A DNA stretch of 64,000 bases from positions 62,001 through 126,000 of IMG/VR virus record IMGVR_UViG_3300035703_000010, one strand, 5' to 3'. The notes beneath the pieces were generated by a model. It did not search any database, was not told the DNA's origin, and worked only from the letters and a program-made list of their open reading frames with translations. Below, one piece after another: positions 28,201 to 34,377 of this stretch. Within the stretch, counting starts at the first letter, position 1, and the number at the start of each line of letters is the position of its first letter. A program made the position numbers and the translations under genes.

Positions 28201-29805
28201 ATGTCAAACTGGAAATTAAAAGATCTTCGTAATGATAGACGTAGAACATTCTTAAAAATGTGTACTGTCGCAGCTGCAGTCGCAGGAATAGAAAGAACAA
28301 AATTACTAAATTTCCTTGCTGATGAAGGCGGCTATGGTTTAGCAGAAGCAGCTGGATCTACTTATGGACGATCATTGCTTGTTCCTTCGCCAAATGGAGT
28401 TTATGCATGGTTCCAAGAATTGTGGCCTGTTGCTGATGTTGGTCTAAAAGCTTGTCAAAACGCTAATGTTCCTGGATTGTCTTCAAACTTTGGAGGAACA
28501 TCATCTTATCTTTACACGTCTCAAAGAGGATATAACCCAGCAAATGGATACAGAGGAACTTATACAACTGGTAAAGGAAATCAAATGCCATCTTTGCCGA
28601 TGGGCGTAAAATCTTGGGACGGAGGAGACAAACCTTTCTTTTATGGTCCTGATGCTCCATGGTTTGACCATGTTTCTGGAAAACCGAAATATCCTGTGAC
28701 AGCATTCATGTCAGGAAAAGATGAAACTCATACAGAATTTCCAATTTCTCACATGTCTTTATCTGGAAATTCAACTCTTCAAGCAGCATTAGCTTCATTA
28801 GGCGCAGCAGGATCTTCTGCAATAGTTCCTGTCTTAGGTATAGATCCAGTAAAATATGGTCGTGCCCCTGGAGCTCCTGAGGTTGCGACAGTTCCAAGTT
28901 CTTTAGGTATGATTGACTTGTTTAATAGCGCTGCAAGCCAATTTACATTATTGAATAAAACTGATCAAGAATTGTTTGAGACATATTACAAGGCTCTTGT
29001 AGGTTTGAGAAAGTCTTCAAATAAATCATCATGGATTCCACAGATGTCAATAACCAAGAATTCTGCTAGAATCATTGGGTTAAATTTTGCATCTCAACTT
29101 ACTCCAACATCTCAAGATTTGGTCGATTTTGGTATTCAAGAAATGGTTGACAATGTAACTTCTAATTCAAATTATATGACTGCTGCTCAAAGAGCCGGAA
29201 TAGAAGAATTTGGAAGGGTTTTAATTGTAGTTGCAAAAGCATTTACGCTAGGATTATCTAAAACTGCAATTGTAGCCTTATCTCCAGGTCCGACTAGCGA
29301 CACGACCTTCACGGATCCTCACGTTACATTTGATAATTCTACCTTATTAAACCAAGGAAGAAATACTACGAAACATTTAGGGAAGGTTCTAGATGGTTTC
29401 TATAACTATTTATCGCAACAGGTGGATCCTGAAAGCCCTTCTGAGAAGTTAGATAAAAGCACTGTCTTTGTTGCTTATGGAGACACTCCTCATACTCCGT
29501 TAGTAGGGTCTACATGGCCTGACGCAACTCCTGATGCTTGTAATTGGATGTATGTTATGGATCCTCGTGGTCATATAAAGAATGGATGGTTCGGCCATGT
29601 TTATGCTAATAAAGTTAATAATCGAAATGCAGTAGGGTTTAATCCTTTAACAGGTATGGATGATGTCACAAAGACGTCTGAGCAAGTTTCTGCTTTTGCT
29701 TCAACTGCAACAGTATTTTCAGTAGCAAACGGAGATTCTAATAAGGCATCTGAATATGGAAATTCTCCTAACATCGTTTCAGGATTGATTAATAGCATAA
29801 AATGA
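28201..29805 (+). CDS. Tat-exported DUF1501/DUF1552-like protein
   Basis: Twin-arginine motif DRRRTFLK plus hydrophobic stretch. C-terminal TDPH...LGKVLDGFYNYL...LDKSTVFVAYGDTPHTP...GHIKNGWFG resembles the DUF1501 C-terminus. SD AAGGA. Confidence 0.65.
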   Translation: MSNWKLKDLRNDRRRTFLKMCTVAAAVAGIERTKLLNFLADEGGYGLAEAAGSTYGRSLLVPSPNGVYAWFQELWPVADVGLKACQNANVPGLSSNFGGTSSYLYTSQRGYNPANGYRGTYTTGKGNQMPSLPMGVKSWDGGDKPFFYGPDAPWFDHVSGKPKYPVTAFMSGKDETHTEFPISHMSLSGNSTLQAALASLGAAGSSAIVPVLGIDPVKYGRAPGAPEVATVPSSLGMIDLFNSAASQFTLLNKTDQELFETYYKALVGLRKSSNKSSWIPQMSITKNSARIIGLNFASQLTPTSQDLVDFGIQEMVDNVTSNSNYMTAAQRAGIEEFGRVLIVVAKAFTLGLSKTAIVALSPGPTSDTTFTDPHVTFDNSTLLNQGRNTTKHLGKVLDGFYNYLSQQVDPESPSEKLDKSTVFVAYGDTPHTPLVGSTWPDATPDACNWMYVMDPRGHIKNGWFGHVYANKVNNRNAVGFNPLTGMDDVTKTSEQVSAFASTATVFSVANGDSNKASEYGNSPNIVSGLINSIK

Positions 29806-29822
29806 TTTTTTAATATTTTCGC

Positions 29823-29829
29823 ATATTTA
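29823..29829 (+). promoter_or_regulatory. Candidate late promoter motif ATATTTA
   Basis: 5 nt upstream of the kinase ATG, which has no SD (possible leaderless mRNA). Confidence 0.4.
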
Positions 29830-29834
29830 ATGAA

Positions 29835-30608
29835 ATGCAAGACAAGCTAATAAAAGAATACGTTCGTCTAGTTTTAGAAAAAATCCGAACCGTCAAAAAA
29901 GGTTCTCCGTTTGGAGACAGGTTTGACGTTAGAAAGTTTAAATCTCTTGAAAACATAGAATTCATGAAAGCTTATGCTGATTCATTCCTTGAAATGTTAG
30001 GTGAAGGTTCTTCTAGAGTTGCTTACGCTTTATCAAGCAATAAAGTTCTTAAGATAGCATTAAATAAAAAAGGTATTGATCAAAACATTGCAGAATTAGA
30101 TGTTTTTACGAACCCGTTGACAAAACCGATGATATCTAAAATCCAAGATTATGATAATGACTATAGATGGTTGATTGCTGATTCTGTAAGAATTTTTAAT
30201 AATGAATCTGAATTTGAAAAAGAGACAGGATTAGCTTTCCAAAGTTTTGTAGAAGAAGTAAAAAATGCTCTAGTAAAATCTGTTCCACCTGAATCTGAGC
30301 TTGCAGCAAACACAGTAAAAACAATAGAAAATTCTGAATTGATGTTAGGAGATGTTGCTAGGATAGAACATTGGGGTAAATCAGCGGATGGAAGGGTTGT
30401 TTTGTTAGATTACGGCTTTACAAAAGAAGTTTGGAAGACTCATTATGCTAAAAAAGCACCTCCAAAGCCTCCTCGTAATCCTAAAAAATTACGAAATATA
30501 GAAGATCCTATTGCGTATGCGTCTACAGAAAAAGCTACAATTCCTGTAAAGAAAACTGATGATTTGCCTACATTGCCACTAACGATATCTACACGTCGTG
30601 TAGATTAA
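29835..30608 (+). CDS. Protein kinase-like (ePK/APH fold) protein
   Basis: LGEGSSRVAY Gly-loop, VLK lysine, QNIAE helix-C Glu, LGDV...HWG catalytic loop, VLLDYG (DFG equivalent). Confidence 0.75.
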   Translation: MQDKLIKEYVRLVLEKIRTVKKGSPFGDRFDVRKFKSLENIEFMKAYADSFLEMLGEGSSRVAYALSSNKVLKIALNKKGIDQNIAELDVFTNPLTKPMISKIQDYDNDYRWLIADSVRIFNNESEFEKETGLAFQSFVEEVKNALVKSVPPESELAANTVKTIENSELMLGDVARIEHWGKSADGRVVLLDYGFTKEVWKTHYAKKAPPKPPRNPKKLRNIEDPIAYASTEKATIPVKKTDDLPTLPLTISTRRVD

Positions 30609-30825
30609 AATGGTATAGTATTTTTTATGAAGACGCATGAAGCTTATCGTGTGTATTCATTAATTCATGTTTGATTAAGTAGTTTATCTTCTTTTCTTAA
30701 ATGAAAGGTCTTCATAGATCTCTCATTTTTTTGCTTTGTACACGACATGTCATAAGTAGTATCTTTTTATCACCGGCAACACCAAGCCGACATAGATTAA
30801 ATCGAAATAAATCGGAGAATATTTT

Positions 30826-31092
30826 ATGCCTAAGAATAAGAAGAATGATGTAACGACAAACAAGCATGCAACTATTCGTACTCGTCGTGATCGTACTGGC
30901 AAGCTTCGTACTGAGACAGCTCGTCGAGATGATGGATTCAATGCAGCATTGACAACAGACGTTCGTAATGATTCGACTAGATTCTTTATTGATTTTGATC
31001 AACAAACTGTCGAGTTTAGTGGCCGTGAAGCACGAACACTTTATCGCCTCCTACGTACTCATTACGAGTACACAGGCAAGCCGCGTCGTTGA
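30826..31092 (+). CDS. Small basic Arg/Thr-rich protein, stand-alone transcription unit
   Basis: SD GGAG. 88 aa, mostly CGT Arg codons. Own long upstream spacer and downstream terminator. Confidence 0.75.
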   Translation: MPKNKKNDVTTNKHATIRTRRDRTGKLRTETARRDDGFNAALTTDVRNDSTRFFIDFDQQTVEFSGREARTLYRLLRTHYEYTGKPRR

Positions 31093-31117
31093 TTTATTAA
31101 AAGTTAATTAGCTTTTT

Positions 31118-31150
31118 GGAGAGATTGAGAAATATCTCTCCTTTTATTTT
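31118..31150 (+). terminator. Rho-independent terminator
   Basis: Stem GGAGAGAT (31118-31125) / ATCTCTCC (31134-31141), then TTTTATTTT. Confidence 0.75.
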
Positions 31151-31170
31151 ATAAGAAAGAAGGTACTAAA

Positions 31171-31695
31171 ATGGAAATTAGCAAGCAGACTGCAATGTCA
31201 CTAATTAAGGTACTCTGTCATTATAACTCTTTAACGATGACAGGAGGCAATTATCCTATCATCGATAACACGGATGATATTTTAAGAGATTTTGAGAATT
31301 TTGTTTTAGGATTCGATGAAGAGCAAAAAACATTTGCTGACCTTTTTAGGGTCGATGGTGATATTTACCCGGAATCTTTGTGCGAATTACCTTCATTAAA
31401 TGGTCACATCAATAACTCTTGCATTGGAGAATCAGGAGAGGATGTGAATGTTTCATTTAAAAACGTTGTTCACGATGATTCAGAAGAAATTGATACTTTC
31501 CTTATGATTGATAAAGGAAGAGATTCAATCGGTCCAGTTACGTATATCAGGTTGTGTGATAGAGAGCTACAAGTAGCTACAGGCCAAGGTAGCGATAGAA
31601 CTTGGCATTATTTTGATATTGAGAATGTTCCTTCATCATGGGCTAGGGTTTTTGGTCAAGACTCAAGCTATTTTAGAGTTATTAACTGGCAGTAA
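31171..31695 (+). CDS. Hypothetical protein (acidic)
   Basis: SD GAAGG. 174-aa ORF, no family recognised. Confidence 0.7.
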   Translation: MEISKQTAMSLIKVLCHYNSLTMTGGNYPIIDNTDDILRDFENFVLGFDEEQKTFADLFRVDGDIYPESLCELPSLNGHINNSCIGESGEDVNVSFKNVVHDDSEEIDTFLMIDKGRDSIGPVTYIRLCDRELQVATGQGSDRTWHYFDIENVPSSWARVFGQDSSYFRVINWQ

Positions 31696-31716
31696 ATTGA
31701 CACTGTAACAAATAAT

Positions 31717-31971
31717 TTGTGCCACGTTACTAGTTTTAATTTGATATGTATTGGTAACGTGGCACACATTATTAAACCTTCTACAGTTGCAATAACGTTA
31801 TTAAAAACTAGAGACGAATTAAATGGTCTATTAGAGCTGATTCGTTCCTGGAGATTAAAGGGTATTAATGGTTCTGGTGTCGTTCCTATAGCAATTTTAC
31901 CTCTAGAAGCAAAACTAGAAAAATCTATTAAAGATATAGAAGCTATGATAAAAATTGCAGCAAACGTTTAA
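31717..31971 (+). CDS. Small hypothetical protein (start uncertain)
   Basis: Fills the gap in a co-directional run. TTG start without SD; GTG near 31750 is an alternative. Confidence 0.4.
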   Translation: MCHVTSFNLICIGNVAHIIKPSTVAITLLKTRDELNGLLELIRSWRLKGINGSGVVPIAILPLEAKLEKSIKDIEAMIKIAANV

Positions 31972-32000
31972 AAATCTTGCAATTGATGTATTTTGTTTTT

Positions 32001-32180
32001 ATGTCTGCAACAACAGAAACGTTATTATTACAAATTATTTCATTAGAAGAAAAATTAGCAGAGTCAAAACTAAAAGGTGAAGATTGTACTAATTTAGAAG
32101 ATTCTTTATTTGAATTAAAGAATCGTTTTGCGTCTTTAAATGAAACATTAAATAAAAACCAAAATGTTTTAAAAGGATAA
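32001..32180 (+). CDS. Small coiled-coil hypothetical protein
   Basis: MSATTETLLLQIISLEEKL...; ATG 32001 is in frame with the track ORF. Confidence 0.55.
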   Translation: MSATTETLLLQIISLEEKLAESKLKGEDCTNLEDSLFELKNRFASLNETLNKNQNVLKG

Positions 32181-32182
32181 TT

Positions 32183-32401
32183 ATGCAAAGAGTAGATCTA
32201 TACCAACCACTAATTCATTCTAGAGTAGGAGCTCCTCCTCTTGTTATCAACGTTGGAGTGAATCGTTCAGGAGCAGAAACGATGGGAGGTCCAATTGAAA
32301 ATGCAATTAGACCAGAAGCATATGTTCTTTTATCTGCATTGCCAGACGAATTAAAAGAAAGAGTTAAAACTGCTATACAAGCTTTAATTTCATCTATGTG
32401 A
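32183..32401 (+). CDS. Small hypothetical protein
   Basis: SD AAAGGA. 72 aa, coupled to the endolysin. Confidence 0.6.
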   Translation: MQRVDLYQPLIHSRVGAPPLVINVGVNRSGAETMGGPIENAIRPEAYVLLSALPDELKERVKTAIQALISSM

Positions 32402-32406
32402 TTTTT

Positions 32407-33195
32407 ATGATTCAAATTCTTCGATTAGGGTCTTCAGGAGATGACGTAGAAAGATGGCAAAATTTTTTACGAGGCCAATCTCCAAATAGTTCTATTATAG
32501 TAACAGGAAACTTTGATTCGAAAACTGAATTAGAGACTAAGTCTTTTCAATCTCGTAAAGGTTTGGTTCCTGATGGAATTGTCGGTCCTAAGACTTTGTC
32601 AACTGCATTACAAGCAGGATATCCTTTAATGGATGACCCTACTGCATCGATGGATGGTCCAAACTGGCCACCTAGGCCTTCTGAAAATCCTTTATCGTCA
32701 GTTGAACGAGAAAAAGTTTTTGGTAAATTTTCACATGTAGCAGCTCCTACACAATCCAATCCAGAAGCGATTACAATTACGGGAGATTGGATTAAAAAGA
32801 ATATTTCAAATGTAAACATTCCACAATTAAGTGGAACTCCCGGAGCTCCTAAGTCGTGTAATATTACGATTCATAATAGCATTTCAAAACAGTTTGTTGA
32901 TCTTTTTAATGAATGGGATAATGCTGGATTATTGTATCTTATTATGTCTTGGGGAGGTTCTTGGTCTCCAAGATTTATAAGAGGATCTAGAACAACATTA
33001 TCTAATCATGCATGGGCAACAGCATTTGATATTAATGTTCAATGGAATGGTTTAGGTGTTCAACCTGCTTTAAGAGGTGAAACAGGATCTGTTAGAGAAC
33101 TTGTAGAGATTGCATATAATCATGGATTCTATTGGGGTGGATGGTTCCAAAAAAGACCTGACGGTATGCACTTTGAAGCTTTTAAAATACTTTGA
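32407..33195 (+). CDS. Endolysin: peptidoglycan-binding domain plus M15-family Zn peptidase
   Basis: LRLGSSGDDVERWQNFL...FQSRKGLVPDGIVGPKT (PG_binding_1). R...SNHAWATAFDIN...DGMHFE gives the M15 Zn ligands H, D, H. Confidence 0.88.
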   Translation: MIQILRLGSSGDDVERWQNFLRGQSPNSSIIVTGNFDSKTELETKSFQSRKGLVPDGIVGPKTLSTALQAGYPLMDDPTASMDGPNWPPRPSENPLSSVEREKVFGKFSHVAAPTQSNPEAITITGDWIKKNISNVNIPQLSGTPGAPKSCNITIHNSISKQFVDLFNEWDNAGLLYLIMSWGGSWSPRFIRGSRTTLSNHAWATAFDINVQWNGLGVQPALRGETGSVRELVEIAYNHGFYWGGWFQKRPDGMHFEAFKIL

Positions 33196-33219
33196 ATTGT
33201 CATTTTTTTATCAATGATG

Positions 33220-33226
33220 ATAGTTA
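33220..33226 (+). promoter_or_regulatory. Candidate late promoter motif ATAGTTA
   Basis: Upstream of ATG 33236. Confidence 0.45.
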
Positions 33227-33235
33227 ATCATTGAA

Positions 33236-33640
33236 ATGGCAATAATCAACAGAGATATATCAAGGTCTAGAAAAGCATATTCATACTATAGACCGCGACC
33301 TATATATCGAGCTATAGCTACAGAGGAACAGATGAATAATGTTAATGATGCTATGAAGCAAGTTGAAGCGATGAGGCAAATGGTCAATACCATTAATTCT
33401 ACATCTGATGCTATCGTTTGGAATGAGATACCCTCAGGAGCAGTTGACGGAAGCAATGCTTCTTTTGATTTGCAACATACTCCTGAGTTAAATGGAAAAG
33501 TTCTTATTTTCGTAAACGGAGTTCTACAAGAACGTCATGATTCTTCAGCAGATTATAATCTTGTTGGAAAAACAATCACGTTTACTTCCCCTCCTCGTAG
33601 AGACTCAAAGATACTTGTCACATACGCAAAAGCAACTTAA
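33236..33640 (+). CDS. Small virion structural protein with a phage beta-sandwich module
   Basis: IFVNGVLQ...DYNLVGKTITFTSPP...ILVTY module typical of T4-like virion/fibre proteins. Preceded by ATAGTTA. Confidence 0.6.
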   Translation: MAIINRDISRSRKAYSYYRPRPIYRAIATEEQMNNVNDAMKQVEAMRQMVNTINSTSDAIVWNEIPSGAVDGSNASFDLQHTPELNGKVLIFVNGVLQERHDSSADYNLVGKTITFTSPPRRDSKILVTYAKAT

Positions 33641-33649
33641 ATTATTTGC

Positions 33650-34249
33650 TTAAACTTCTTTTGGTTTTCTTCCTCTTTTTTTTAATGAATTTTCTTTATT
33701 AAGGATTGAGGATTCTTTTGCTTTCTTTTTTCGCTCAGCAATATCGATTGCTGCTCTTCCAATTTTTGTGTTTGGATTTTTGTCTGGTCTAACTTTTTGA
33801 ATTTCTTCTTTAACTTCAACTTCTTTTTTCAATTCATTTTTTTCAGTTGCTTTTAAAGCAACTTCATGGTTCTTTTTCAAGACAACCATTTTTTCAATAT
33901 CTTGTTTTAGGAATACTGTTTCTCCTTGTTTTGAGAAAAACAATCTTTCAGCATCTAATGATACGCTTTTTACGAATGATATCATACTGTTAAAAACGCT
34001 GTCTAAAAATGAAAAAATTTCTTTAGAAACTTTTCCTTGTGAAGCTAATTCTTTTAGTTCATTCTTTTGTTGCTTTATATGCTTTTCTATTTTTTCGACA
34101 GATTCTTTAGAACCTAAAACGTAACCGTCCAATCTTTTTAAGCCTTCTATTAGATTGTTTAATTGTGACGTTTTAGTCTCAACTATCTCTGAAAGAATTT
34201 CTATTCTAGTTGTTAATGTTTTTGGATCAAATGCTTGTTGTTCACTCAT
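33650..34249 (-). CDS. Coiled-coil hypothetical protein with basic C-terminus
   Basis: 199-aa ORF, SD-like GAGG, ATATTTA motif upstream on the minus strand. Confidence 0.7.
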   Translation of the reverse strand: MSEQQAFDPKTLTTRIEILSEIVETKTSQLNNLIEGLKRLDGYVLGSKESVEKIEKHIKQQKNELKELASQGKVSKEIFSFLDSVFNSMISFVKSVSLDAERLFFSKQGETVFLKQDIEKMVVLKKNHEVALKATEKNELKKEVEVKEEIQKVRPDKNPNTKIGRAAIDIAERKKKAKESSILNKENSLKKRGRKPKEV

Positions 34250-34281
34250 GAAAGCCTCAAAAGTATTACTAAATTATTTAT

Positions 34282-34288
34282 TAAATAT
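34282..34288 (-). promoter_or_regulatory. Candidate late promoter motif ATATTTA (minus strand)
   Basis: Between the terminator at 34306-34331 and the ATG at 34249. Confidence 0.4.
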
Positions 34289-34295
34289 TCTTTAG

Positions 34296-34331
34296 TAAAA
34301 ATAAAAAGGCCTGAAGTTTCCTTCAGGCCTT
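34296..34331 (-). terminator. Rho-independent terminator of the minus-strand fibre gene
   Basis: 11-bp stem AAGGCCTGAAG / CTTCAGGCCTT (34306-34331), GAAA loop on the minus strand, then a T-tract on the minus strand. Confidence 0.88.
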
Positions 34332-34377
34332 CCCAGATCAGTCAGTCTAGATCTGTGTCGATATTAGTTTCCTAATA

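Noticed and set aside
30767-30780. SAM-I riboswitch-like words TTATC and CCGGCAAC
   Set aside because: They are adjacent, with no room for the P2 kink-turn/pseudoknot, and there is no matching 3' P1 strand.
31717-32401. Holin/spanin genes ahead of the endolysin
   Set aside because: No convincing transmembrane helix or lipobox in these small ORFs.
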